A stretch of 64,000 nt of DNA, taken from NCBI GenBank assembly GCA_976551045.1, contig CDPCPM010000370.1, positions 1,922,001 to 1,986,000 of the forward strand. The letters are read 5' to 3'. The stretch comes from Glaucostegus cemiculus (lineage: Eukaryota). The translations under genes were made by a program, and so were the position numbers. Below, piece by piece: positions 1 through 12,981 of the stretch. Under the pieces are notes generated by a model that saw only the letters and a list, made by a program, of their open reading frames with translations, had not been told where the DNA came from and made no database searches. Every line of letters starts with the position of its first letter. The stretch's first letter is position 1.

Positions 1-202
1 TGAATGAAATAACAGGAATGGTTAACGTTGCGGCTGTTCCTATATTGAGAATACACTGTGCATTTTAGCAGTTCGCTCCAAAATTCGCCGTTTGGGAACC
101 AATAGAATAAGCAAGGAAGATTATTGGTTGAGCGAACCTGTGAAGTTCAGCTGGTCGCTTTCAGGATGATGTGCTATGATATTACTTGAAATACGGTTAA
201 TC

Positions 203-1107
203 TTATTTCACTGATTTACAGAATACAGCCAGGAGGTATTTGAACGCGTGCAGCAGCTCCATTCTGAACTTCCTCTGGGTCACGGCATAAATTCCTGTAT
301 TCGTGCAGGAGCTCAGCAGCTGCAGCATAACCCCAATTCTCTCAAATGTTGCAAGAGGTCTGATCCAGGTTCTGCGCCTAAATGCTTTTGTAATTTGAAA
401 GTAAATAAAATATGCGACAGTTGTGGCCCAGAGCAGGATAAAGCTGCTGGAAATTGCAAGGAGTAGAATGATGGACTGTCTGCGTTTCCCCATTTCAGGG
501 TCCTTTACTTTCTCCACACTGCCGAGGTCTCTAAGGCTCCTGCGGATACGACTGGCAAATATTATGCGTCTTACCGTGAGCGTGTTAAAAAGCAAAATCA
601 AACAGAATGGAAATACTGGAGTTAACAGCTGCTCAGTCCAGGAAAATGCCACCCATGCGGGCAGAGAGTAAAAGTGTGACGATATAAGGCAGTCCCTCGA
701 AATGCCTTTATTATACACATCAATAGCAACGTAAGCAAAGGGCCATGGAAGGTTCTTTAAACAGAAGAGCGCACTCAGCGTCACTAGAACGACGACCGCG
801 TTTCTCTCGGTGCAGTATTGCTTTTTCAGATTCTGAGTCAAAATGGCAACAAAGCGATCAAAGGTGAAAGCGACCGTGAACCAAACAGAACAGTCAACGG
901 CGACGGGAGCCAGGAAGAGAATCAATTTGCACACGGGAGTGTAGAACAGGAAGGAGTGTGACCAATAAATTCCGGAAGCCTGGTGTAATATCACCTCGAA
1001 GACAACCACCAAGAGGTCCGACGTCGCCATGGCCACCAAATAAAGTGTGACACATTTGCAGAGACCGCAGTTCCCGCGGGACAGTATTACAATCGCCATC
1101 AGGTTAA
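203..1107 (-). CDS. GPR139/GPR142-like class A orphan GPCR, main coding exon (short first exon not located)
   Basis: Open 298-aa frame with hydrophobic TM segments and motifs LYLVAMATSDL, FTVAFTFDRFVAI and LSSCTNTGIYAVTQRKFR. Pyrimidine-rich acceptor (tttcttctttcattccatttcag) immediately upstream at 1108-1130 gives phase-1 (V)NLMAIVIL. Confidence 0.85.
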
Positions 1108-2761
1108 CTGAAATGGAATGAAAGAAGAAATTATCATGACCTTACAGGATAAAAGACCCACAATCTTAAACGACTTGAAATAGAACTTGTTGGAGACAAT
1201 CAATACGTCAAGCAGCATCTTGAAAGCGATTCGTCCTTTCCCTCTCCAAAAGTCCAACTGATCTGAGTGTTTCCGACATTTCCTTTTCTTTTCCTGCAGA
1301 TCTCCAAGAGCTGCAATTTATTTTCTCGGTCTTGAAGCGCTGTGCATGCGCTTCGCACGAAATTACTTCTTCAGCTCTTACGGCTTGTCTTCTCCATTCA
1401 AAGGCACAGCTTTAGGAGGTGATTTCCTCTGGCACCTGATTCCACACACCAGCCATGAGTTCCAAAGCGATCCTTCCAAAGACATTGCATTGATGGATTC
1501 TGAATACTGCGGTACGAAGGAACAAGTCGAAGATCACGTATAATCCAAGTTTAAAGACAGAAAAGCAAACATGTTCGCAGTAAAACAAATTGTCAGGAAG
1601 CTGGAGTTATGAAAGACATCATGGCATACCTGGAAACCGGCACCAACTCGGGAGAGAGAAACTGAGTCAAGGTGTGAGGTGTGAGGATAACCTTGAATCA
1701 ATCAGTGATCTTATTTGAAAAGAGCTGATAACCGATTAAAATTATAACAAAGGACAATGCGGTCTGATGTTTCCCGTCACCGAGCATTCGTTAATACGAT
1801 TAGCTTTCTCGTGGAGATTTCCCAAACACAATGACCAGGGAAGTTATTTGGTGTAGCGCTCCAGATAAGTGGTCATTATACCTCAGTGAGACACAAGAAT
1901 GCCGCAAAGGACAGCTGGATACAATCAGCGATAGATCGTGTTCAGGTAGAGTTTCTCTCTCCCGTGCTGCAGCCTCACCTGATGAGATTTTCTTTCTCCC
2001 CTCTTTATTTTAAGAACTCTGCTGTGTCCAGACAGAAATAACATCGTTCAATTTTATTGTGCATCCCGCCATACAGTTATGGGTGACGTACCGGTTACTC
2101 CAATTGCTGCCAGAATTGGGTAATAAAAAGGTTGTAACACCAAATCTAGAGGCCAGGCCATTCCTCCTCAATGTGTTCTCCGTCGACGCTGGAAATGGGA
2201 AGACAGCAGTCGAGATTATACCAAGGTAAACCCTGACAAACTTATTATGCGAGGGGAAGTCCACAGGGATAATGAGATCAGCCTCCAGGGGGATTACGTA
2301 CGGGCTGTTCCACAGAGGATTTCTGTCACACGTGATGATGAGTGATCTCATGCATCGGTGGGTCTGTTCATAACACATACACCAGCTGAGCACACCGTGC
2401 AACAACAAGGCAGAAAATAAAGCGATTTTTTAAAATTTCCTACTGTTTTTGCTATTTTGTATTGCAAGTATCAAAAGCTTAACCTGTGTAAAACATTTAC
2501 TTGTGTTTCATACAGCCCGATTCCCAGTCTATTTTCCAGATCTGCGGCAGCCATTTTCGCTCCTGAGAAAATGCACTTCATATCATTCCAAGCTCCTTTA
2601 TCGTTCATTTTCATTGAAATTGTGCACCGGATTTCTCCATGGGTCCATGGTAACATAACCGAGGATAGACCTGATGCGAAATCAGCCAAGCATTGTCCAG
2701 TATATATTCAAAAAATTATTCCTGCCTTTAGTGTACAGAAACAACGGCTACTCTCACAAAA

Positions 2762-4017
2762 GCTTTCAATACGCTTTCAATACCATCATCCCGCAACAGC
2801 TAATCGGGAAGTTGAGTGCTCTGGGCATTAGCTCTCCTCTCTGCAACTGGATATTGGATTTTCTAACTTGCAGGCCGCAGTCAGTCAAAATTGGTGAAAA
2901 CACCTCAAGCACCATCACACTGAGCACTGGCTCCCCACAGGGTTGTGTGCTCAGTCCGCTCCTGTTCACCTTGTTGACTCACGACTGTGAGGCCAGAACC
3001 AGCTCCAACCGCATTGTTAAATTTGCCGATGACACGACAGTGGTGGGTCTTGTCACGAATGACGATGAGTCGGACTACAGAGATGAGGTGAAACAACTAG
3101 CCGTGTGGTGCTATGACAACAACCTCTCCTTGAATGTGGATAAAACCAAGGAGATGATCGTGGATTTTAAGAGGGGTCACCGTGTGTACGCCCCGCTGAC
3201 CATCAACGGGTCTTCTGTGGAACAAGCACGCAGCACCAAGTTCCTGGGGGTGCACATCACTGACGACCTGACCTGGTCCACTAACATTACAGCCCTCACG
3301 AAGAAAGCTCAGAAACGACTCTACTTCCTGCAGAGACTGAGGAAAGTGAATCCCCATCCCTCCGTCATGAAAAAATCTATAGGGGGACCATTGAGAGCAT
3401 CCTAACTCAATGTATCACTGTTTGGTTTGGAGGCTGCTCAGCTGCTGGGCGGAAGTCCCTCCAGAAGATAGTTAGGGCTGCAGAGTGGATCATAAGTGTC
3501 TCGCTTCCATCCCTCGCAGACATATACAAAGACCGTTGTGTGAGGAAGACCAAAAGCATAATGGCCGACCCCTCTCACCCTCCCACCACCTCTTTACAAT
3601 TTTGCCATCAGGGAGGAGGCTTAAATGTATCAGGGCAAGAACGACCAGGCTGAACAATAGCTTCTTTCCGCAAGCCATTAGAACTGCAAACTCTCTCATC
3701 CCTCCATCTTCTTTTGTTAACACTAAGAGATGCTAGGTGCACAGAAATGCACCAGCACTTTAAATGCCCGTCACCAGCCCGTTCACTTTAATAACTATTT
3801 ATTTATTTACCGGCCATTTTTTATGTAATCTGCGTATTAATTTAATTTTAACTTCCGTAGTTTTTAATGTTAAATGTTTTTAATGTTTATTCTGTCAAGT
3901 GTGTATGCGTGTCTCTGCTGGTTGTTATTTTATGGGACGTGCACCTGAGGAGGACGGTATCTCGCTCCTATGCATACTATGTATGTATATGGTTGTGACA
4001 ATAAAACTGATTCTGAT
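2762..4017 (+). mobile_element. 5'-truncated non-LTR retrotransposon (Rex1/Babar-type LINE) RT fragment with 3' UTR
   Basis: RT motifs [48 protein letters not shown]. Frameshift near 3370-3400 with continuation HHLFTILPSGRR...RTTRLNNSFFPQAIR. AT-rich tail ending in aataaa. Confidence 0.85.
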
Positions 4018-4641
4018 AAGTAGAGACATGGCATAATAGTGCAGCGAATAGCTTAATTAAAGCAGAGAATTTACTTATTGAAATAGAGACGTGGTTGGAT
4101 CAGTGATTGGTCTAATCATCTCCCCTCTGTTTAAAACAAGCAAACGTTTCACATCAATTCATGACCACTGATGAGATACAAACGGGATTACGCTCGAGTA
4201 TTTTCAACTTTAGATTTATAGGAACAGTGACATGGCCGGTTCTAAAAGAGACTAGCGTCACGAGGAAAACATAAGCATGTTTTAAGGAGAACAACTGAAT
4301 GTGAAGCGAGCCGCCACATCATGCAGTCGTTAAAAGTGTGAAATCAAGAATCAATGAACTGGATGGTAAATGGAGAAATCTGGTGTCAACAGTTATTTTC
4401 GCTATCGTATTAGAGAGCATTATATTATTGAAACAGACTGAACCATACAGCTGCAAGCATTTTAATATCGACCGAGTCTTCACGGAGTGGAATAAAGACT
4501 CGTGTCATGTGAGCCAAGGATGCATCCAATTTTAAGTTGACGAGGAAGACTTGACCGGTACTTTGACCATTGTTCTGGGGACTGTTGTACGATGAAGAGT
4601 GAGTGCAGTTCGTATCGGCGGTATAATGGTACTATAACAAT

Positions 4642-5744
4642 TGTTACGAAGTAGCTTACTATAGGCAAGTATCCCTTTAAGATGGGACATTGTGTGTGTG
4701 TGCAACGTACTACAACAACAGAAGATAAGACTAACGTGATGAGGTCATTACAAGAAAGGAAAAGATAAGAGAGAGAGAGAGACAGACAGATGGAAAGAGA
4801 GAAGAAGGAGAGATGGCAGCCTGTTTTCTTTCTGTCGATGGATGAAGGACAGTAACTGTGTTTGTTACTAAAATCCGTGGATGGATTTCTGGAGTAGTCC
4901 AGTGGAGTTCACTTTGTCGGTAACCTGTAGAAGGACACAGGTGTTTGCGTGGATGACCACATTTTGGATGCTCTTCAGAGTGGCAGATACTATGAAACAA
5001 AGTGACGGAATTCACTTTGCTGCTAACCTGTAGAAGAACACAGGTATTTGCATGGATAGTCACGATTAAGGAGTTTTCGGGGTGAGAAAGTCACTACCGA
5101 GTTAGCCCTGAAGTGTCGTTTGAGTTTCAAGTGGAACATTCGAATTTCGTGATTACTCTCTAATCTCTCTCTATATCTATGGTTTGTCTTCGGTGGACGG
5201 TGCTTGTGAAGAAGCCTTTATTCGTGTTTCATCTTACGACTTATTGAATTGAACTTTAAGAACTAATTCCTGGACTTGGAGTTTAGGAATTCGACACGCA
5301 CACACGACGAGTAGTTTGGGGGATATAGTTTAAGATTCTAACATTTTATTGTATACTAATATACTAACTTTTTATTCTGATTTTACGTATTATCGGATGT
5401 AGTTATTAATAAAGTAGTTTTAACACTGAAGTATGACTTGGTGTGCTTCTTCTGTTGCTGGTTTCGTAACAAAGTGAACTCCACTGGACTACTCCAGAAA
5501 TCTATCCACGGATTTTCGTAACAAACACAGTTACTGTCCTTCATCCATTGACAGAAACAAAACAGGCTGCCATCTCTCCTTCTTCTCTCTTTCCATCTGT
5601 CTGTCTGTCTCTCTCTCTCATCTTTTCCTTTCTTGTAATGACCTCATCACATTAGTCTTATCTTCTGTTGACGTAGTACGTTGCACACACACTCAATGTC
5701 CTATCTTAAAGGGATATTTGCCTATAGTAAGCTACTTCGTAACA
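4642..5744. mobile_element. LTR-like element (TGTTACGA...TCGTAACA) followed by an inverted copy of its first ~280 bp; whole unit flanked by 4-bp CAAT target-site duplication
   Basis: 4642-4918 is the near-identical reverse complement of 5469-5744. Internal LTR-like end gtttcgtaaca at 5461-5471 preceded by aataaa (~5407). CAAT at 4638-4641 and 5745-5748. Confidence 0.75.
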
Positions 5745-6429
5745 CAATCATATTAAAAGAATAGTGATTTCGAAGAATATAACGAAGTAGTGCACCATGA
5801 AGCATGGCCTGTTGTCAGAGGTCTTGGTCTAATATGTGTTCAACTCTGCTGAATTAAGAGATTGGTTCCAGGTTCTAAGGGTGGACGCTATTCCTATGGA
5901 AGTGTTATTCTGGAGGAGATCAAATTAAACAGTGATGTCACATGGTATAAACGAAGGGGAAACTTGAACCTGACAGAATGGTTGCAATGAGGCCAATGAG
6001 ATATTTGCAGATCTTGGACCAGAAACTGGTTTGGTTTAAAAAGAGATCACCCTGATCACCGAGCTTATGGTGGTTTGTTAAGTAACTTATTAAGATGACG
6101 AGGAGCCAATATAATGCACAACAAGGATTTACCAAATATAATGGCAATGGTTCAATCAAAGCAACGTAAAATTCAAATTAACAGAGGCTTCAGATTGCAC
6201 CGTCAGGACTGGTGCACTATGCAAATTGGAACGCCCTTGTTTCAGAGTGACAGGAGAAATGTAAGCAGTGGCTATGTCTTTTAGTATGAGTACACACGAT
6301 ATAAACAATAATGGAGGCTTGTGTATACGAGTCAAGCGAAATAAGCAGAGAAATGCTTGAATTTTAACCAAGACTTCATCTTTCAGGTTAACAAACAGGA
6401 CAATGTGAATCGAGATATAAACCGATTGA

Positions 6430-6830
6430 GTTGGTAATTTGGTTTATTATTGTCACAAGCAGCGAGGTGCGTGAACAACTTTGCTTTGCATGCCTCCATG
6501 CAGTTAATTTCAAAATATATGTTCACCGAGGGAATACAAAGGGAAATGCCGGAATGAGAACACAATGCTGCAGTTACAGGTGCAGAAGCTGCAGTGTATG
6601 TCGACAGTGTGGTGCAAAGTCCACGACGAAGTTGATTCTGAGGTAAATAGTTCATATTTATCCAACAAAGGTCTGTTCATGAGTCTTAGAACAACGGGTA
6701 TGAAGCTGTTCTGGAGATTGGTTGTGTGTGATTTCAAGCTTTTATAAGTTCTGCGCGATGGCAGTGGAGAGATGTAAGAATGTCCGGTGTGGAATGGGTC
6801 ATTGATTGTGTTGGCTGCTTCCTCCAGTTA
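6430..6830 (-). mobile_element. LINE 3'-end fragment (same family as 32650-32990 and 58940-59570)
   Basis: Minus-strand translation SHTTNLQNSFIPVVLRLMN and tail tgtgacaataataaaccaa shared with the other copies. Confidence 0.6.
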
Positions 6831-9294
6831 ACGAACATCTGGGAAAACATAACGTGCCAAACAGCACCTGTAGAGGTAGAAAAAAGGTGGTCGATGTTTA
6901 GGGTCGAGACCCCGCGTCAGTTAACTACTTTTGAAAACAAAAGACGTCCATGTAACCAGTATTTGCCGCTCTGCCTTCAGAAGTTTGTGGATGCTTGGGA
7001 CGAGAATTTCAAGGCTGAAATAGAATACCGAGGTATGCAAAGGGAAACCTGAATAAGTTGTGGATCTTCTATGAATGAGGGAACAAATGAACGGGGTCAA
7101 ATCCTTACCCTTGCTTCTGATTCCTATGAAGTTCTCACAGAACAAACAAAACTACTAAGTTCATTGTGTCATTTCCCCAGTCCAGCGACTTTCTTCACTG
7201 AATTGCCTGAGCGAGGTTCTTTGTCTTTTGCCCGTCACAAGCCCGTTGCCAACACACATCACCCAGCCCACTAGGGACGGCTTATTTGACTTACAAACTC
7301 CAAACGCGCTCGCAGCGTTTAAGACTGGTATTGATCTTAAGGCAACCGTAGACCCATCTACATAAAATGGCCCCAAACCCAGTGTAATGTGGGTCACTAC
7401 ACGGGCAATAAACGCTGGATGCACGAGACTTGCGTCACCACTTGAACATATTGCAACAGGCCCATTCTTTGTTTCCCATCTGCACAATGATATTGGCAGG
7501 TGTGATCACTGAGAATTTGTCGTGGCGAAACTACCCATGCTCTGCAGCTCTTAGTTCTACCGGGCAACTCAGCCTCCCGGAGTTAACGGTGGGTCGATCA
7601 AATACAGTTCGTGATCTGTTATTCTCAGTTTGCTTTCTCCAGCCTTATCGATCGAATCTGCATAAACTTTCCCACCATCTTGTTTTGCTTTGTACAACCA
7701 ATCATTTTGGTTTATCCTCTAGACTTTCCCCTCCTCTTTCCTGTCGCTCTCTATTTAGCTGGTCTTTTATCGCTGTGTCGAGAGAAACGTGGACGTCAGC
7801 TTTCGATAAAAGGACTACCTGGTCGAAATCATTGAAAAGAAACGTTTGCTCTCAATATGGTGAATTAGATGAGCATTCATGAGTGCTTCGCTGGATTACA
7901 GCGACTTTGCATTACAGATTAAGTAGCAATTCTTCAATCCAATTTAATGTCATAAAGACAATTCCGGTAATGTAGTGTTGCAAGGAGTACCTTGCTTGCA
8001 GTAACGTCACAGGAACGTGGATTAAGACACTGCACATAATATAAATTCTACACTACTTTTACAAAATTGACAGAAAACAGTGTCAGAAACACTGCGCAAA
8101 ACAAGACATCTGTGCAACACACATTTAGCAACGTTCGGGGCAGTACAGAAGGTGGTCCAGATTGTGCCGCTGCTGGGTTAGGCTTCGGGTTTACAGGACT
8201 TTTAAAGAAAAAGATGGTTACAGGCAAGTACTTTTTATTGAATACGATGGGTTGGAACCGGGCAATGCCTCTGCTTCTGTGGATTTCAGAGGCGACAATT
8301 GGCCAAGAACAGCCCAGAATCTAAGTGTTATCAACCGCAACTTGATGCCGGTCATTTTTACTCCCGAAATGCACTTCAGAGGAGGGACTATGTGTACAAC
8401 TATATTCCTCGGTGCCATTTCACCTCAGATTGGCACTGCCAGCCGAAACTCATTTGCTATTTCCTTCCCCGACAAGTTTACAGAAAGTTTCGCAATCATT
8501 TCCAAGGACATTAGTGCGGAATGTGCACCCACAATATCCTGGAAGACTGAGGGTAAGATTCTGTCCCCAAAACTATGTGGTATCAATGATATATGTTAGT
8601 CTTTGTTGCAACAGGCTGATCAATGTTGCATACTTGTTAACTTTGGCAAACCATAATTCCAGTGGAGGTTGTCACCATTTCACCCCGGGGCTTGATAGAA
8701 CATGACTCAGAGAAAAGTGACTTCAGCGTCTCCAGGCATCAGAAGGTACATTATCTGCTTAGTGACCGAAACTTGGATTCCAACACAGACAGACAAGAGG
8801 AGAATTATAACTCGGGACACCTGTTATAGTATGAGATTTAAAATGAAGAATCAGGACATGCCTCACAGAAACAAATGTAACACATCAATTTGATTTATGC
8901 GGGAATTATTTTTATTTATTGTTTCACTCAAAACCATTTTACAGGGAAAGTTTGCAGAAGGTAGGATAAAGTGCATAGTACAAATATATTTCACACGGAG
9001 AGCAGGCTGTCTGAACTGTCAGCTATTTATTGAATTAGGACAAGTAACAATTTTCATAAACGACAGTAGATTCGTCCTCACAGAATATTTGTACGTTGAA
9101 TTCAATGAGAGATATTTACATCGTGGACAGTAGTGTTCGCGAAGCGAAAGTATCATCGTGAAGGGGAGAATGGCGATGTGCAGGAGGCTTCAAGAAAAGA
9201 AAAGAAAAGGATTCCGAGCTAGTACCCCTTTCAGTAGAGATGCGTTATAAGTTCCACATAACAAAAACATGCAAGTCAACGTAACAATGGAAGG

Positions 9295-10250
9295 AACAAT
9301 ACACAAAGCGCTCGAGACACTCAAAGGGCCAGGCAACATCTCTGAAGAGAAGTGGACAGTCTCGGTTTCGGTCGAAACCCTTCATCTTGACTTAAAGAAA
9401 GAGGTAAGATAGCGAGTACATAAAGGTGGAGGAAAGTGAATCATGAGCTAGCAAGTGATGGGCCGATTAAATTCAGGGGCTGTGGCTAAGAGGACGGGGA
9501 AAAGTAAGGTAGTTGATAGACGCAGGGAGGTGCTATTGAGAAGTGACAAACTTCTGAAGTCATAGAATATAAAGAGAGGAAGGTGGAGCATCAAATGAAG
9601 GGTGTGTTGTCCGGATAGGATCCAGGAGGAGGAGTGTTTGAGCGGAGACGGTACAGAAGGGGAAGATATATGGTGATGTGGTCAATTGAATCAGGAGAGA
9701 GAAGAGAGATAAAAACGGAACGGTTGCAGGATGTTTGAGGTTCGATATTCATTCCAGGAGGCTGGAATACCAAGTCTTGTCCCCTAAATTGCGGTTAACC
9801 TCGACCTCCCTGTGGAAGAGACCATGGACGGAAACGACGCTGTGGAATGCGAACTACGATTAAAATGGCTGGCCATCGACTCGCACGGCGGGCAGAGAGC
9901 AGCTGATTGACAAATCAGTCACACAATTTGCGTGAGGCCTTACTGATGCAGAGTGGACCGCAACATGGAACAGAATGCCATGCAGAACACCGAGGGATTC
10001 ACGAATGAACCACAGCCTCACCTCGATGGGTTGTCTGGAGCCCTTGGTAGTGGTGATGGAGAAGGTGGGGGGCTGTTGTTAATGCATTGTGCGTTTACAG
10101 GGGAGATTGCCTTGGTAACAAGGGGAAAAGGTGGGGAAGGATGAGTGGAAGAGGGAGTCACAGAGAGTATGATCCCTGCGGACACCTGGGAGAAACAATG
10201 AAGGTTTGCGGTAGCAGCTTTCTGCACAAGTGCGCTCGATACCAGACATG
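9295..10250 (-). mobile_element. Degenerate Penelope-like element fragment (GIY-YIG C-terminus plus terminal repeat)
   Basis: Minus-strand FQPPGMNIE resembles the C-terminus of Penelope GIY-YIG domains. Terminal motif ggtttcggtcgaaacccttcatc. No intact ORF. Confidence 0.5.
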
Positions 10251-10507
10251 ATTCGTGCTAAGAGGAATGGAAAATGTGTGAATAATCTCTGAGGAAGTTA
10301 ACTTATTTACATATGGCCTCTCGTTTTCAAGGCAACAGAATTGGATACATACACGTTACAGCAAAGGCATCTCACGCAATAATAAACAATTCAGACTGAG
10401 TGACTGACATCCTAGTCAACCAGTTCAGATTGCGATATCTTCAGTCACTTCAGCGGCGGATGTCAAGAGAATAATGGGAGAAATCTGCGAGTTCGTGGAT
10501 TGCACCA

Positions 10508-10516
10508 TCACTTAAC
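10508..10516 (-). CDS. IGHM: IgH TM2 exon (VK-stop), intact copy
   Basis: Minus strand ccttcacag|GTT AAG TGA with canonical acceptor at 10517-10519. Confidence 0.75.
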   Translation of the reverse strand, partial: VK

Positions 10517-10651
10517 CTGTGAAGGAAGGATGGAGAGTAAATAAATACATTCATGATCTGCGACGTTAATGCAAGGGCTTGTAATTACGAAATAATCGAC
10601 TTTTGTCCATCACTTTCAGATCAGGTAGAAGAGCGAGTGGAAGAAGCTCAC

Positions 10652-10687
10652 CTTCACCAGGGGCAGGGCAGCGCCGTAGACTATACT
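10652..10687 (-). pseudogene. Truncated duplicate of the TM1 exon 3' end (SIVYGAALPLVK|gtgag)
   Basis: Paralogous to the end of TM1 at 11170-11205. 5' two-thirds of the exon and its acceptor are missing. Confidence 0.75.
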
Positions 10688-11037
10688 GTCTCAGCGTGTA
10701 GATGCTTATGGAACATATGCTTGTGTATGTTTGTGAACAACTGCATTTTAACCGCGTATCACTGTCTGCAGTGTTCAGCATATTTTCAGTGATTGATGCA
10801 AAGTTTGAAAAAAAAGATTTTTGGAAGGGATCAGCTTCATGAACCCGGTAAATATAATACAACTGGATGCATTAAAGTTGAAAGAAAGACACATCGTGCA
10901 ATTATAACCAAATCAGACTGACTGACTGAAAATGTGTTCATTACATTTTCCACTTCAGAATAGGGTATTTTCAGTCAGTTCAACTGAAATCTCAAGAGGA
11001 TAATGAGAGAAATCCAGGGGTTCGTAGATTCGCACCA

Positions 11038-11046
11038 TCACTCGAC
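11038..11046 (-). pseudogene. TM2 copy with mutated splice acceptor
   Basis: Minus strand ccttcacat|GTC GAG TGA: AG acceptor changed to AT and K changed to E. Flanks are paralogous to the 10508-10516 copy. Confidence 0.7.
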
Positions 11047-11169
11047 ATGTGAAGGGAGGATGGAGAATATAGAAGCATTCTATATTCTGCGACGGTAATG
11101 CGAGGAGATTTTATTCCAAAATAATGGACGTTTGTCAAATCAGGTGGAAGAATGCGTGGATTATCTCAC

Positions 11170-11297
11170 CTTAACCAGGGTTAGGGCAGCTCCGTAGCAA
11201 ATACTCAGGACGAACAGGATGATGAACGTGGAAGCGGTCTTCCAAATACTGTCTCTGTCTTCCCCCAGGTCTTCAATCCCGGTGTTATCAGTGAAAT
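11170..11297 (-). CDS. IGHM: IgH transmembrane exon TM1
   Basis: (D)FTDNTGIEDLGEDRDSIWKTASTFIILFVLSICYGAALTLVK with CART-type motif. Acceptor ttttcgtag, donor gtgag. Confidence 0.92.
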
Positions 11298-12900
11298 CTA
11301 CGAAAAGATGAAAGAGAAATAGATTCACAACTTTGTCCAGTCCAGGACATGGCTTCTTCATTTTCTTATTTACATTCAGTCATCGAATCTAATTTTCCAT
11401 GAACTTTCAGAGCTTCTCAACAACCAATGTCTGTTCCAGCAATAGAGGCTCATCATGGTCAGTTATATGTACAACTTTTAAATTCTATCATTGACTAATT
11501 TCAGTATATTATGAATAGGTTACTTCAGTGGTGTATGATTTGATGCGGGTTATTTGTGTGATGTTTTTGAAAAAAATATTTTGAAGTCGTAAACTTCCAA
11601 CAGATGCAAAACATTTAAACAATTAAATTACACTGAAAAATAAGGTGCTGCGCAATTTTCCGGGCCAGAGTGGAGATCCACAAAAACTTGCCATATAGCA
11701 ATATGTATTTAACATAGGTATCAGATGCCTTGTTTGTATAATAATTTAATTTGAGAAATGGATTGTCTAAATCTATTTCACTGAGAGGTCGTCTTCACTA
11801 TCGCGTGGTTAATTATGCCGGTATAACATTCAATGTGCCCTTCGTTTGACACGAACTGCGTTGACGCGAGTTTTTCCTGTACGTTTGTGTGACTGTTGAT
11901 CGAGTTTTGTTTCATGGAGATGCATGGTTGTTCATTTTTATATGTGTGTATGCACGCGCGTATGTGTGCGCGCGTTTGTGCATGCACTTAATGGATGTTG
12001 TTTGTGTGTGGTTTACGAGCATGTGCTGCTCATGTAGTGAAGCTTCGTGTTGTATGGTTCTACCATTTTGCATGTGTACACGCCTGATTGTGTGTGTGTT
12101 TTCCTGCTTCTCTATGCGCGGTCCTGTGAGTGGATTTGTGTGTTTTCACGTACATGTGCTTCTGATGTTGTGAGGCTTATGTTGCAGCACCAGTCAGCAT
12201 GAGCTTGCGTGTCAACTAATTTCCTGCGCAAATATATCCATTAATGTGCAATAATTGTGAGAACACCCCCGCGCGTGTGCATTGATGTGTATGACTGTGT
12301 GTGTGTATTTTTTGATGCGAGATTTAACAGTAACCATGCCCGTTTTATAAGCCTTTTCACGTGTTCTGTTCACGTTTCACCGAGTGTTTTATATGAATAT
12401 TCATCTTCACTTTCAACCTTTGATCATTGCTTGAATCAGAATGTACTTTTTTGAAACAGACTCAATATTTTAATACGCTTTCGGATTTGTTCACATATTC
12501 CTGCTCGTCTGCCCTCGGAAGGACTGTGTGCGGGGGTTGGGAGCAGAAACAACCTACACTAAGCCAGTAACCGACCGTCCACTAAATATCTTATCTTATC
12601 TGATCTTTAGACCTTACTCTATGCTCCGACTTTACTCTCATGTCCGTCATCATCTCAGTTGAAAAAACAATCTATCACAAACTGGAGTAAATTTGATGAT
12701 GAAAGGACACTAGAGAAGATAACTCCAGAGTTCCATCAGTCTCTAAGAAGAGATTTCTAGACACGTTGATCTCAAATGGCGACTCCTTATAGATGTTCTA
12801 GAACTCCCAGTTATCCACACACGAAAATATGTTGGCACAACTGAATCGATAGAAGCCTGTTTTTCTCCTAACTCTCATAAATGTAAGGTGAGCACTTACA

Positions 12901-12902
<2 letters not shown>

Positions 12903-12980
<78 letters not shown>
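12903..12980. repeat. (GT)n microsatellite
   Basis: Uninterrupted GT run. Confidence 0.98.

Positions 12981-12981
<1 letters not shown>

Noticed and set aside
8162-8705. Overlapping 100-145 aa ORFs
   Set aside because: No recognisable domain or splice structure; likely chance or decayed repeat.
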